A stretch of 64,000 nucleotides of DNA from Macrostomum lignano (lineage: Eukaryota), in the NCBI GenBank assembly GCA_002269645.1, contig NIVC01001102.1, positions 293,584 through 357,583 of the forward strand, in the 5' to 3' direction. A program made the translations under genes and the position numbers. Each line of letters opens with the position of its first letter. Positions within the stretch are counted from its first letter, which is position 1. The notes under the pieces are model-generated. The model was not told the origin of the DNA and made no database searches. It worked only from the letters and a program-made list of their open reading frames with translations. Shown here one piece after another: positions 11,501-24,839 of the stretch.

Positions 11501-12613
11501 GGCAAATGCTCGCACAAGGTGTACAGCGCCACTGAATATATGATTGTCAGGCAAGTACACACTTTGCTCCTTGAGTGTTGACCCTCAGGGGCGTGTATTG
11601 CACGACAATTGCCGCAAGACGAATTTTCTTGAACGATCGAATCGAACCTCGGAACTTTGGCGCCAGAGGAAGACACGCTGATCATTCCTGCTGCTTGCCT
11701 GATACCCCAGGGAAAGGTTTGAGGGTAGGCATGGGTAGCCTCACAAGGCAATGGTTGTTGTCTGGGTTGCTGCCCTACTTGGCGAGGGAATCCTCAAGTT
11801 CATTTCCCAGGATTTGCTGTGACCGGGTGTCCAGTTCATACTAATCCTGTTAAGGACATTCACCTGTCCTTGTCCCGTCACTATCCTTAAACCGTGTGCC
11901 AATGTTCATCTACTGATAAGAAGAAAGTATAGAGTGTTTGGTGCGGAAATCTTGCAAGAGTTTAGTTCTAGCTGTTCAGTATGGCTATTGGGTAGAGTCT
12001 AGTCTTGGTCATTTAGTATGCAAAAGTACTAAAGTCATTTAGTATGGCTTCCTAGTCATCCGATCGGTAGATGAACTTTTGGGGCAGCATCATCGACAGT
12101 GGCATCGCGGTTTATCTACTGCGTGCCGAATAACAGCATCATTTGGGGGTTGGGACTTTATACCTGTTGAAGAGTACCTATTTACCTAGTCATTGTGTCG
12201 ATACCTAATCCTGTTAGGCAATACATGAGTGAGTATTTGCAGAATAGAAAACATATACGAATGGTTTTGTATCTGTCGGCTCTACATTACGATATTTTTC
12301 TTTCTGTTCGGTGAAATAAATAAAAGTCACTAATGGTCTATACTCTAGTTAAGATTCAATGATTTTGATGCGACACAATCCGGTTCATGGGTGCTAAAAA
12401 CACCCATGAGCATATGAATGGGAACCTAGTTCCTTCTACTCAATTTATTAGAAATCGAAGGTACGGTCCGTTTCAAAGACCAGAGAGTAACGTTATTCTA
12501 GGTATATAGTTCGTAACGTTTTTTGGTAATCGCAACTGACATGGTCTTCGAGTTAATTTTTTTGCTTGATGCATGGCTCCACACGCAGTTGGTCGATCTC
12601 TTTCAATTAAGTC

Positions 12614-14602
12614 TCAAAAACAGTGTTCCAATGAACCCAGCAGTCGCAACTCAACAAAACCGTGCTCGCTTGCTGCATTTTGTCCTGCAATGGCGGTGCA
12701 CCCGCTGCCGCCGCAAAACGAGCCGCCGCCGCCTCCGGCGTTGTCCGCTTTCACGCCGGCACCGCCTCCGCTGAAGCCACCGCCTCCGCCGCTGGCTCCG
12801 TTCTTCGATCCGTCCATCTCGATGCCGCCGCCTCCACCGCCGCCGCCGAATCCACCATAACCGGTGCAGCCGTCTCCAGCTCTGCCGCCGGCCCAGCCGT
12901 TTGCCAGGCCGCCGCCTCGCTCGCCGTCGCTAGAGTTTCGCCTCGGGTTGACGGCGCTGCCCAGCCAGCCGGCGCCGCAGCCACCGTGGGTTGCTCCATA
13001 AGTAGTTCTCCAGGGCTCGTTGTAGCCGGGCTGGCCGTTGACACCTCCCAGACCAATGAATAACCCCTTTTCCGAAATCGAGTCGCTTCCGTTGACTTCC
13101 GCTTGACCTGAAAGGCCTGTTAGATTGACAATTGGTGAAGGTAGCCTGATATTTAAAAAAATTGCAGGACTGTGGATAAGCAGAAGCAACTTTTTCAGCG
13201 ACATCGTCCGACGACCAGCGCTGAGGCAATTTTGCCCAATCTGCTGATTACTGAACTGCCAATACTGTACGCAGAGGCGCACTAATGCAGACTCTCACAC
13301 AGGGTGTACAGTGGTCCTAACGTTCTAATCGTCAGGCATATGTACACTCTTGTGTTAATGTGAACACGCCGAACTGAAGCTTTAAGCATCAGAAAGTCTC
13401 CGTGTAAGCGAAGGCAAAGTTTCAGCAGGAACATGCAAACCGACAGTATTCCTACAACAGTTAAGTTATTTTATAACGGAAATATTGATACAGGATATGC
13501 CTTATTACCATCGATTTTCCTGTTCGCACCGCCACCTCCACCAGCTGCAATAAGCAGCTGACTGTCAACAGTGCGGTAAACGAAGCTGCCTCCTCCGCCG
13601 CCGCAGCTGCAACGTCGTTTGCCTTCGCCGTCAAGCTCGATCGAGCCGCCAGCCTGTCCAACAACAATGCTGAGCTGAGTGCCGGCTGTCAGGTTGAAGC
13701 TGCCGGCAACCCAGGACCCGTTGCCACCGAGTTTGGATGAGGCAATGTGATCACCGCCTCTGGCTCCGGCGACCTCAATGCGGTAGCAGCCGGTCAGGGT
13801 GATATTCACCTGTTGAATGCTACCGACTCTTCCAGAGCTGCTGTCTGAAATACATAAATCATACAGAACTTTAGAAGGATTAAAATGATTAAAATTCAGT
13901 AAAAGCAAAGCTCACTTCGCAACTTGATGGTGGTGGCATTGCTGATCACCGCAGCCAAAGTCGCATTGACTTCGGAGCTTACAAACACCTGCGATTCAAC
14001 TTCCGATCCCACATCCGATGAAGTTTCAAAGTTTAAATGTTTTACAGAAACACCGGTCACTTTTATAAGCTGGCAAACAGATTTTGTAGTCATGACAACG
14101 GCTAAGATGCAACCGTGCAGCTGGCAATGAATCACACAGTCAAGCACTGATGGCAGACCCGTGATGTTGGTCACTTCTGTGCTAACGGCACGAGTGAGGT
14201 GAAATGGGCCCTCGATCTTTTGATACTTGGCTCCGGAACAGAGTCCTAAAGTTTTAAGATGGTTGAATTTAAATACTCGTAGTTTGCAAATTGTTCTGCA
14301 ATTTCGTGCATTTATCGAGTTTCATGCTTGAGAATTTTTGTCACTTTGTCATCAACGCTATCTTGTACTTCATGGGCAATTATGAATGAATGCAGATATT
14401 TAGTGACAAATGTTTGCAGAAATTACAAATTCATATTATTTTAAGTTTGATAAACACTTTCCATGAATAACAATAATATTTTTAGGCACTGGTTGTTTAC
14501 TCGAGAACAAAGGGTTTGTTTTGGCTTACCTTCCGAACAACTAAGCTGTGTACACAACATAATCAAGGCTACCTTGACGACTGCTTTGATTCTGTAGTTC
14601 AT
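12614..14602 (-). CDS. Copy A: secreted PAN/apple-like + ALK/LTK-type glycine-rich domain protein (413 aa), 4 exons
   Basis: Exons 14602-14530 (MNYRIKAVVKVALIMLCTQLSCSEG, signal-like), 14245-13916, 13844-13509, 13116-12614; all introns phase 1, total 1242 nt. Motifs: GCYRIEVAGARGG, IVVGQAGG, GGGGGSFV, LLIAAGGGGG, GGCGAGW, GGFGGGG, GGFSGGGAG. Confidence 0.85.
13250..13365 (+). repeat. Dispersed stem-loop repeat copy, in intron 3 of copy A
   Basis: gggtgtacagtggtcctaacgttctaatcgtcaggcatatgtacactc matches the core at 345-395. Confidence 0.6.
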
Positions 14603-14974
14603 GAGGGTGCTGTTAATTATAATATCGCTTAATGTAAGAAGCGATCAGTTCTAGCAACCGTTTTTACAGAACAGGAGCATTTGGTATCCTGTCATCCTTT
14701 AAATCCAGCGGATTGAAGTAACTTCTCTCTCAATGCCTGACCAATGGCAGCAGATGCAATTCTATGACTTACCTTTCTCAGGTAGTTTTTCGAATTTTCG
14801 AGAAATGTTCTGCGTTCCTTTAATTTAGAATTCTCATGTAAGATAGTTGGGTCAGGGCCGAGAGAGTACCTCTGCGATAAACGCGTTTGACTCTTGCGCT
14901 ACGACAAGGTCGATATAATTTCTCGCACCAGTTTAAATTGACGTCCAGGATCGTTGCCGCGTGATTCACGGCCA

Positions 14975-15130
14975 TGAGGGCCAACCCCCAAGACACTGCA
15001 GAGAGTGTACATGCCGGACGATAAGAAAGTCAGGGCCGTTGTACACCCTGCGTGAGCTGTGTGTATTAGCGCGTGCCTGCGTACAGTATTAGCACGCTTG
15101 CATGTGCTCAGGAGTCAGCATCGTTGCGAC
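14975..15130 (-). repeat. Dispersed stem-loop repeat copy
   Basis: Reverse complement reads gctgactcctg...gcaggcacgc...cagggtgtacaacggccctgactttcttatcgtccggcatgtacactct...ggggttgg, collinear with 290-410. Confidence 0.65.
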
Positions 15131-16994
15131 AGGGTGCTCACAAAACCTGCTGCAATTACTATATATGTAGTCCGAAGTAGTTAAGTGAAGATTCATAGTA
15201 CACAAAATCAGTCGCCTTTTGTAAGGAGAGGTTGACGATAGCAAAGAGTTACTCCTTCGTAAAATGCGTCCCTCAAAAAATTGATTACCAATCAAACGGT
15301 TTCGTGTGCAATACGAAGGTAAATATCATCCGATTACTCATCTGGTACTTATTTTATGCAATAAAAATCATATAATTCTAAGAATAAAATCATTAATACC
15401 CTACCTATTCTTAATTAGTTTTAGATAAATGCAGTTCAATATTTTCAACATTCAATAGTGTAGTTCCATATTTAAAGATATTGTCTTATTGTCTTTAAGT
15501 TCGGCACAGGTGCATTGCGTAAAGTACAGCTAGTATAATACGGTATCATTTGAATAATTCTAACTGATGGAACATACGGTTACATATATGTTCAATTTTT
15601 ATTTACGCGCATAGCTCAATTGTTTTAACTGTTTTTCTAGCTGTATTTAAACTAATTTCAATTTTTCTATCATTTTACATTTGCAGTTAAACCATAATCC
15701 GGTCCAGACCTCCGATATCCTTTTGCCAAACATATCAAGCTCCAGCTAATAATCAAGACCAGCTAATGGCCAAATAATATGCCATGCAGGAAGTCGATGC
15801 CTTGAAAATGGATATTTTGGGTGTTTAAAAGCAAATACAAAGGCGCCAAACTGCTACGGTTGCGGTGTAATATCCGATAAAAATAGACAAAGCTCCGTTC
15901 GCCTTCTATCAGTTAAATACACGAGCCGAATTCTCTGTTTCCTGCTTGCTGTCCCACAAATTCAAGGCAAATAAAGAAACCCAGTCAGTTTGCCTATCTA
16001 AATGCATTGGCAATGGCAACCGTCTGCCAAGATAGGTAATCCTAAATTTTGCAGCCTTTTCTGTGACATGCGTCACTTGTTTGCTTTCAATGCGAGAAAT
16101 TGGACTGCAGTTTGCTTTGCCGCTCAGGCCGCTCAGGCATCAGACACATAACGTGATTTATAATACATCAATTCGTCAGTACTTACTAACTGGTTTTCAA
16201 CAGTAGCTAATGAGACCTATTCTTGATCACTGACCTATGAGAGAACTAATGCAGTGAAGCCTGAGACGCCTCCCAGATGCCATCACAACAGCCTGCATTT
16301 GTAAACAATTTGGAGTTTGTAATGCCGACAGGTTAATAACAAAGTAACGTATCCAGCTCTGCTGAATAGCTTGTGATAATATGTACATGTACTCAAGGTC
16401 GGTACGATTATACATTCGTTTTTATGAGCATTTTTAGGATAATTTTGCAGTTCCATCGTGAAATTAGCAAAAATGTGCTGGTAGAGCTTTTACTGTTCCT
16501 TTTCTATTCCACCAACCCTACACTTCGAAGCTTTGAGAATTTATAGGCTGTATTCAGAATGAAAGTTATAATATTTATGATCCAAATAAAACTTAGCAAG
16601 CAACAGCCCACCGCCAACTCAGATTCTGAGGATTTCCTGTCAAAAATTCGCTCATTGTATTGAGGCAGGGCTTGAATATTCTATCATTATTACTAGCAGT
16701 AGATAACTGCGAGTCAATTTTCCCAACCAATCAAATAATTCCTCTTTAATTTGTTTAAATTTTATCTTTTTTGTTTTAAAGCTTATTAAATTGTTATAAT
16801 TCGCTAATTTTGTTTAAATGCATGTTCCCTTCCCCAAAAATTTAGTATAAAAGGAGGAGGCCGACCCCAAAATAAAATCAACCTTTGCTCCTACGGCTCT
16901 TCGATTTCTATTGCCGTTTGTAAGAAGCTCTTGGCGAAAGAAGTATAAATCTGACTAAGACTTATCTTGTTATTTCTTTGAGAATAGAGAGAAG

Positions 16995-17180
16995 GTCGTG
17001 GAGACCCAAAACTAGGAGTCTAGATAGGGAAAACTTGAGGTCGTGGAGACCCAAAACTAGGAGTCTAGATAGGGAAAACTTGAGGTCGTGGAGACCAAAA
17101 ACTAGGAGTCTAGATAGGGAAAACTTGAGGTCGTGGAGACCCAAGACTAGGAGTCTGAATAAGGGGGGAACTCGAGGTCG
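16995..17180. repeat. 45-bp tandem repeat, ~4 copies
   Basis: gtcgtggagacccaaaactaggagtctagatagggaaaacttgag at 16995, 17040, ~17085 and ~17130. Confidence 0.9.
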
Positions 17181-17529
17181 TGCAAACCCTAAGAAGGCCG
17201 TACAGGCCAGCAATAGACATTAAGCGCTAGGTATTAGGGGATTAGGTAGCTACCGCTGGACACCCTTAGTCCTCGGAATCGCCAGACTTTCGGACTAAAT
17301 TAGGGAATTAGATAGTGTCTTACCGCTAGGGCACTACACGCTATCACAAGGTTTTCTAAGAAACCACGTGAATTAGAACATTACTAAGAGGAATAACAGT
17401 TTAGGGGTAAACGATACTCTTTAAAGTCGACAACTTAGTGACAAATCGGTGGGAAATAATAAAGCAGCAAAGGGGCTAGCACACTATATTCATACACTGA
17501 ACTACGGTCATTGTTTTGCTGAATAAAGA

Positions 17530-17700
17530 ATTTCTTAGAAAACAATTCACACTGTAAATCGTGATGGCTGCATTTCTAACAATGATGGTGCTGATCCCAC
17601 AGCAGATGGAAAATGTTGATCACTTCTGTGCGCACAAGCTGACTTAGGGCTTCCCATCCTAAAATATTTGGTAGAGAGATCACTGTGGAAAAGTTAAGGC
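17530..17700 (-). pseudogene. Internally deleted relic of exon 2 (PAN-like domain) of the ALK-like array
   Basis: ctgatcccacagcagatgga and tgttgatcacttc match ctgatcccacagctgatgga and tgttgatcacttc in exon 2 of copies B and D, with the intervening part missing. Confidence 0.5.
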
Positions 17701-17779
17701 AGCGAAATTTACATTTCTACAGGATCTCGCAAGAATAACAATAGGTAAAACCAACGAGCTGAACATTTACTCTGGTCGG

Positions 17780-18370
17780 TGCCCAATGCTTGTCCTAAAG
17801 GCGCAGCAAATGCTATTTGGAAACTTTTCAAAGCCCAGTCAGAGTTCTTGCTATCCAGAGTAATTAACGAACAGTTCACGTCACGCTCGCGGCAGCGTCA
17901 GGTAGTGGCCTGTGAATTAAGGAATTCTGCAAAAAATAGCGATTTTATTAGCTCGGCGTATAAATTAGATGTCTTAGGCAAACAGAATGATGTGTTTGAA
18001 TTTTAGTTTTTTGAGTGATTGGCCTCGAAAATACAGGTGTGTTTGGCAAAAGTGCGTCGCGATACAATTACATGTAGGTAAAGTACAAGCTGAAAAGTAG
18101 CAAGAAAGGAATTAAAAGCAAATATATTATAGTCTATATGAAAATGTTTGCACACTGATAGCTGACTGCGAGTAAGAGAACCCAGAAACCGGTTCACGCC
18201 CTTTGTGAGTTTGAATCTCATTTTTTGACACACATGTGGAATCTTGCAGTAACATCCTGCTTGCGTACTATAACCGAAGCCAACTCTGCTCGTGTGTGAA
18301 CAAATAGCGCCCATATAACTGCATTCGTGGACTCTGCCCAACGTGAATTACCGTGAAAAAGCCATAGAAC
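17780..18370 (-). mobile_element. Possible THAP/P-element relic
   Basis: THAP-like VCKHFH in ORF 18003-18341. The 17-mer tgaaaaagccatagaac at 18354 is identical to one in the P-element TIR at 33947, and both lie upstream of a minus-strand THAP-like sequence. Confidence 0.4.
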
Positions 18371-19314
18371 GACTAGGAAAAGCCAAGCCATGAACTTTTC
18401 TGTTCACTCGTCATCGCCATTTCCGTGGCTTTCCCTGCGGCAGAGTTTTCAACATGCAACCGCCCGATGTGTTGGGTTGGCCTTGACTAAGTACCACAGT
18501 TTATGATTGGTTTTCACAGACAGGCTGGATCGTTAAAAATTGGAGACATTGTCAGAAAATTTGCATTTCTGGAAAATCTCCCCCTCCACTATTTAGGTGT
18601 TTTTGGTAGGTAGCTATTGGCGTTTAAACACAATGGATCCCTACATGCATGCTTTTAAAGTGGGCCCTGAGCATCCTCAAGCCTAACGGAAGAAGATTCA
18701 GAGCTACAATGACTTGTCAATATTTAATGTGCTGCATTTGCATCGCATTTGACTGCTTATTGTTGCTTATTATAGCTCATTTTCTCATTCATTTACCTCA
18801 ACAGATGTCACCAAGGTAATTTTCCTCCGCTCCAGAAAAAAATTAATTGCATACCAACGGCTAAATCTAAGTAAAAAATCTAATTAGATAGGAATTTGTT
18901 TATAATATTAGAACGAAAGCAGGTAAGACGATGATCCGTAATTTTGTTGCACTGAAATGGAGAGCTGAAAACACTTTAAAAAAACAGTAGCTAATACAGA
19001 AAAATGGTTTAAATTTTGCTTAAATTATATATTTATCAGTTTAATTCTTTCAAAAAAATGTTTAAACGATGTTAACTTAACTTAAATCTTAATGTCAATA
19101 TGTTCAAGGTCAATGTGTTGCTTAAGGCTATTTCTTTCCACTGTAAAACATTCATCAAAAGATGGCATGTTTCAAAAGCGGATAAACTTAATATCAGTAA
19201 ATAAATCTTTCTTGCCTTACCTAAAGCTAGCTATTAAAGGAGACTCAGTTTGCAAGGTCAAACAAGGTCAGGATTCGTAAGGCGCCAAAAAGTTGTAATC
19301 TTTGAATTTCCTTG

Positions 19315-22300
19315 TTAGCTGCAGGCGTCGGTAAACAGAGCCAGCAGACGCAGCACCGCAAATCCCTGATGGCTCTCCGAGTTTCCACCAGAGACGGCGG
19401 TGCAGCCGCTGCCGCCACAGAAAGAGCCGCCGCCACCTCCAGCCTGTTTTCCTCCCATTCCAGCGCCACCGCCGCTAAAGCCGCCGCCTCCTCCGCCGGC
19501 TCCGTTCTTCGATCCGTCCAGCTGCATGCCGCCGCCTCCGCCGCCGCCGCCGAATCCGCCGTCGCCGATGCAGCCGTCGCCAGCTCTGCCACCGACCCAG
19601 CCGTTAGCCCGACTGCCGCCTCGCTCACCGTCGCTGGAGTTTCGCCTCGGATTGTCGGCCCTGCCCAACCAGCCGGCGCCGCAGCCGCCGTGAGTCACTT
19701 TATCACCAGTCCTCCAGGGTTCGTTGTAGCCGGCATGACCGTTGACACCTCCGAGTCCGATTTTGTTAATATGTCCAACAGAGTGACTACCATTAACACT
19801 GGCATCTCCAAACGTGCCTACAAATATTTTAAGTGTTATTGTTACATCTTCCTGCACTATTTTTGAGTGTTAATGTTATAACAGCGCGAGCGCGCTAAGA
19901 TCCTTCAGTGTGAGCAAATGAGACATCTGATCCTTCATAGCGAGAGCGTTTTAATAACATTGTCGCTAGTCAGTGCTTTTAGATAATAGGTGGTTAGATG
20001 AAGGTCGGAACTCAAATTTAGTAACTCTAATTTAGCACACTCGTGCCCCCACCCATTATCCTGAGTTAACATTAACATTAACACATTAACATTAACACCC
20101 ATTAACATTAAAAATATTGCAGGAAAAATATTGCTATGCGCTTACGTCTATGGCTATTAGGACGGTACTCTAGGCAACCCGAAGATTTGCCATTTACGCC
20201 TGCAAAGCATGGGTATATTGTGTCTTAACCTACTGAAAGCCGAAGACGCATCAATATTTAGTACAGCTAGTCTATGGCACAAGCTATGTAACTGACTGGC
20301 TAAAGTACTGTGAATCTTAAAGCAGTCCATCCAGTTTTTTCTTCTTCTACGAGTACATAAACAAGAATCGCCTGATACTAGGAGATGGACCATACAGAAT
20401 CTCCGAGCGAAGCGAGTAGATACTGTCTATGGTTCATCTCCTAGTATCAGGCGATTCTTTGTATGTAATCCACGGCATGTGCGATCTGAATATAACGCCT
20501 TATCTCCGCCGGAGATAATGAGTTATCTTCGCTATCCATGTCTATCCATCTCGTTGGTTTGTCTATGGTAGCGGAGTTACGCTACTGATTATCACCGCTC
20601 ATTTAACACTGGGGAATAGACGAGGCGCACAGGCAAAGTGGATTACATACGAGTACATGATAGTAACATTTTGCCATGGAAGACGAGTTAGATCTAGTGC
20701 TAAGATATATTGAAAGTAAAGAATACACTGCAACGAATCCTGCTACGCATACGACTGACGATATACAAGAGAAGCTGGATGCTGCCATCCCACCAAATGC
20801 TCGAAGGAAAGAACAATGGGCTGTAAAATGTTTTACCAGTGGTTCGAGCAGCGACCCAAAATTCTACATGGTGATACAACTAGCCTTCTCGTGGTGAAGG
20901 AGGATCATGAATGGAACGCTTGCGATTGGAACTATCTATTAAAGATGTTCATGCATCCAGCAAGGCAGGTGGTACCAAAACTCACCGCACCCGTCGGCTG
21001 GCGCAGCTTGACGGTATTGTTCGTGAATTAACGGCTCCCCTAACTGCAATGACTGAAAGGTACACTAATCAGTCTCTATGCAAGACTTGCGCAAGTACTC
21101 TACACCGTGCTGGCTTCACTAGAGAGGACATTACTCGTGTTACAGGACACTCTTCGACAGCTATTGAGCGCTATATTCAGTTTGACGTATAAGACCATGT
21201 TAAAGTATCGCACGCTCTTCAATCTGGTGGTCAGTCATCAAGTCCGTCTATTGAAACCGAGCCTGAACGCTCTGTTGAAGCTAAGGAACAAAAGCACCGT
21301 AGTGAGTGCTAATCCTGCAAATAAAACGAGGCTTAACATCAATGGTAACACCAAAAACGTTAAAACCGTTTTTAAGCCATTGCTTGGAAGACGCTTCTAT
21401 TTCTTACTATGTTTAACTTCCTGTTGCCGTTAGTTTTGTTGGTTTGAATTTGTTAAATAGAACTGTAGCAAACTACTTCTCAGGCCTCGTTCGGGGACTG
21501 AGAGATGGTTTTCAGTCCACCTACAACCGATAAATTACCATAGAAGTTGTTCCCCCTGGAAAAAGATGATACTGGAAAAGAGCTGAGAATGCACTTTCTG
21601 TATGTTAAATATTTTCTCTTCCTTTCCAAATATGGCTATGGAAAAGAAAGTCCGAGGATGCATTTCTCAGGTCGAGGCCTAGTATGGTATTCTAGGTAGC
21701 CCGATGATTCGCCATTTACGCCCACAAAGCATGGGTATTACTGTTTTTGTTCCTTAGAAATTTTTGCTTCAGCAAGACTACGAGAGAAAGAATGAAAGAG
21801 CGGATAGTGGGGGTGCGGGGGCTAAGCCCCGACATTGCTATACGCTTTAGTCTATGGTTATTAAGACCCCCAGTTTATCAAATATACCTTTTCAAGCCCG
21901 AATGTGACAAAAGTAATTTGTTACAAATTGTGACAAAAGCAATTTGTCACATTAAGTAATGTGGCACCACCATATTCAGTCGCAAAATTCTGTAGCTGTT
22001 TTTCGAGCCTTCGTCGGTCAGTCGCTAAGATTCTTGTGTACGGCAGTACGGTCTTTGAGTCAGATAGAGAGCTATTGGATCGTTGCCACATTTCGCTTAC
22101 TTTTATCACTTTTGGTTTTGGTATTTAAGGTACGAACATAGACAACTATTTTTATAACTCTAAAGCTCATATCCAAGCCATAGAAAGAATAGCCACATTT
22201 GAAATTACTTTTGTCATTTTCGCGCCACTGAGCTGTTCGTCTCCATGAGTTATGAGTTTAGGATACGATTATCGACACAAACAGTTTAAAGAGGAACTCG

Positions 22301-23551
22301 GGTCTTATTTGTATTTCTCACGCAAAAGAGTTATTGAAAAGACTAAATTTCACTTGCCATTAAAGCCCCTTCCGGCTCCGCCGCCTCCACCAGCAGCAAT
22401 CAGCAGCTGACCGTCTGCCGTCCTGTACACAAAGCTACCTCCGCCGCCACCTCCGCCGCAGTCTTTTGTAGCAGATGACTCTGACACCATGCCACCAGCC
22501 TGTCCGACCACGATGGTCAGCTGAGTGCCCGCTGTCAGGTTGAAGCTGCCAGCAACCCAGGACCCCTTGCCACTGATTGTGGACTTGTAGAGGTTGTCGC
22601 CGCCTCTGGCTCCGGCGACCTCGATGCGGTAGCAACCGGTCAGGGTGATGTTCACCAACTGGACGCTCCCGATTTGGCCAGTGCTGCTGTCTGGAAAAAC
22701 GAGATGGAAGCAAGAGAACATGTTTTATCAACTGAGACGATAAGAAATCAGCTCAAAGCAATGCTGAGAATGGCTGGAAGCCAACATAACCACCTGCTGA
22801 ATACAGCCCCCGGAGTTGGGCTCTTCACCACACCGACTGCAAACGATGAATTATCAGCCTACATGACTAGAAACGCCGAGACATAACATCTAGCTCCCGT
22901 AGCTAGAGTCAAAGAGGATAACAGTGATAAAAAGGGGATTTCATATCAACTTAAGGCATTAAAACTACCTTTACTACAAGTTTGATCGTTGAAATTAAAA
23001 ACCGTAAACTAAAGAGCCAATTCATATAGACATTGAATTCACTGCCCTACGAAAACGGAAAACTCACTCAGCAACTTGACGGATGAATTTTTGATCATAG
23101 CAGCCAAAGTCGCATTGATGTCGGCGTTGACCAACACCTGCGATCCAGCCTCTGATCCCACAGCTGATGGAGAATCCAGTATCGTGTTTGACAGAGAAAG
23201 TCCCTTCAATATTAAGAGTCGACAAACAGTCGAGGTCGTCGTCATGGCAACGATAACTGAACAGCCTTTCATCCGGCACAGCATCATGCAGTTGTTCACA
23301 TTTTGCACACCTGTGATGTTGATCACTTCGCTGCTCACTAGAGGGCTGAGGAGAAACGGTCCGTGAATTTTCCGGTACTTGGTCTGGTCGCACATGTCAG
23401 CTAAAAAGTGAACCAAATTCAAGACCTAAAAATATTTGTCTGTATTTCTGATACAAGCCATCTAGACATGAATTAGCCAATAAATACCTTGTGCTATCAC
23501 CAGGTTGCAGCACACGAAGATCATCAGGATTTCGATCGATAGAAACTCCAT
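19315..23551 (-). CDS. Copy B: secreted PAN/apple-like + ALK/LTK-type glycine-rich domain protein (410 aa), 4 exons
   Basis: Exons 23551-23488 (MEFLSIEILMIFVCCNLVIAQ), 23400-23068, 22690-22358, 19817-19315; total 1233 nt, all introns phase 1. The intron 3 donor is GC (G|GCAAGT) at the position homologous to GT in the other copies. Confidence 0.82.
20163..21740 (+). mobile_element. Crypton-like (DUF3504-type tyrosine recombinase) relic in intron 3 of copy B
   Basis: Frameshifted and deleted ORF 20676-21192: IPPNARRKEQWAVKCF..W and YTNQSLCKTCASTLHRAGFTREDITRVTGHSSTAIERY, matching the YR H-x-x-R and TGH...Y region. ~55-bp imperfect direct repeats at ~20163-20219 and ~21687-21740; hairpin at 20354-20467. 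Confidence 0.7.
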
Positions 23552-24839
23552 TTAGTTAGTGGTGAAATCAACGACTGCAAGTAATAGTCGGACAGTCAAT
23601 TTTTCAAAACTTAAAGCGTCTTTCCTCAATTTATTGTACTTTTCACGACCAATTTAGCTCTATCCATCCATTTGAATGGCCAATAAAACTCCTACTGACA
23701 AAACAGTTCTCGTGGAGGAAGGCTGTGCATGACTGTAGTTGTGACGCCTAGAAATGGAAAAATAGAGAGCGATGGTAAGAATATGGAATGAGCCCTGTGC
23801 CTATGGAAGGAATTTTATGGTCCTTTCTGCTCTCAAGCCACGTAATTCATTAACAGGCGGATGCCGATGGGGAGTATTTCAAATACCCAAAAAGTTATGC
23901 ACGCCATAACTCTGGAACACGACGATGGATTCGTCTGAAAATTCCCAGCACGAGCTAAAATTTATCGAGGAATCTGATGAAGCCATCGCCGACTCTCTCC
24001 GACATCGAGATCGTCGAGATATTCAGCGAGATATTCGTCGAGATGTTTTTGAAGGCAAACCGTAGAATTCAGTGGCTAGGTCTTGACACCAGGCAATAAG
24101 GTGCACAAAATGATCCCAAACCTCATTTCAGCCATTGGTGAGGTAACCCAGAACACTTGTAGTGTGCTACAACAATGCCCCGTGGCCACCGTCGACCATT
24201 GTCATGACATTCAACGAGCACATTCTGACATCATCGGAATTTAAGATCCGAAACAAATTTCGGTCAAATATTTATTATGAAATCTTGTCAATGAGCAACC
24301 TACGACTCCTTCTTGCACTCACTATACTTCCTGCACCATCCCGACCGTCTGGACGACCGTCGGGACCTTCAACGGATGTGTCCATCGGACTTCTGGCAGT
24401 CTAGCATATACTTTGGCTAGAAATTCTTGATCAAGCCTCACCAACGAGCAACGTGAGACTCCCTGTCGCACTCACTATACTTCCTTCACCATCCTGACCG
24501 CCTGGATGACCGTCGGGACCTTCAACGGATGTGTCCATTGGACTTCTGGCAGTCTGGCATATACTTTTGCTAGAAATTCTTGATCAAGCCTCACCAATGA
24601 GCAACGTGAGACTCCCTGTCGCACTCACTATACTTCCTGCACCATCCTGACCGCCTGGACGACCGTCGGGATCTTCAACGGATGTGTCCATTGGACTTCT
24701 GGCAGTCTGGCATATACTTTTGCTAGAAATTCTTGATCAAGCCTCACCAATGAGCAACGTGAGACTCCCTGTCGCACTCACTATACTTCCTGCACCATCC
24801 TGACCATCTGGACGACCGTCGGGACCTTCAACGGATGTG

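Noticed and set aside
12573-13063. Plus-strand Pro/Ala-rich ORFs (also 19312-19866, 37410-37835, 55001-55375)
   Set aside because: Antisense shadows of the GGC-rich glycine exons.
12614-13116. Bacterial PE-PGRS or phage glycine-rich protein (contamination or recent HGT)
   Set aside because: The genes have conserved spliceosomal introns and signal-peptide exons, are interleaved with host TEs, and show the ALK/LTK motif order.
14530-14720. Penelope GIY-YIG-like fragment
   Set aside because: Resemblance is weak, and part of the segment is better explained as the signal-peptide exon and 5' region of copy A.
16995-17180. CRISPR-like appearance of the 45-bp repeats (and of the 153-bp units at 24.3-24.8 kb)
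   Set aside because: Units are contiguous with no unique spacers, no cas genes are present, and the context is eukaryotic.
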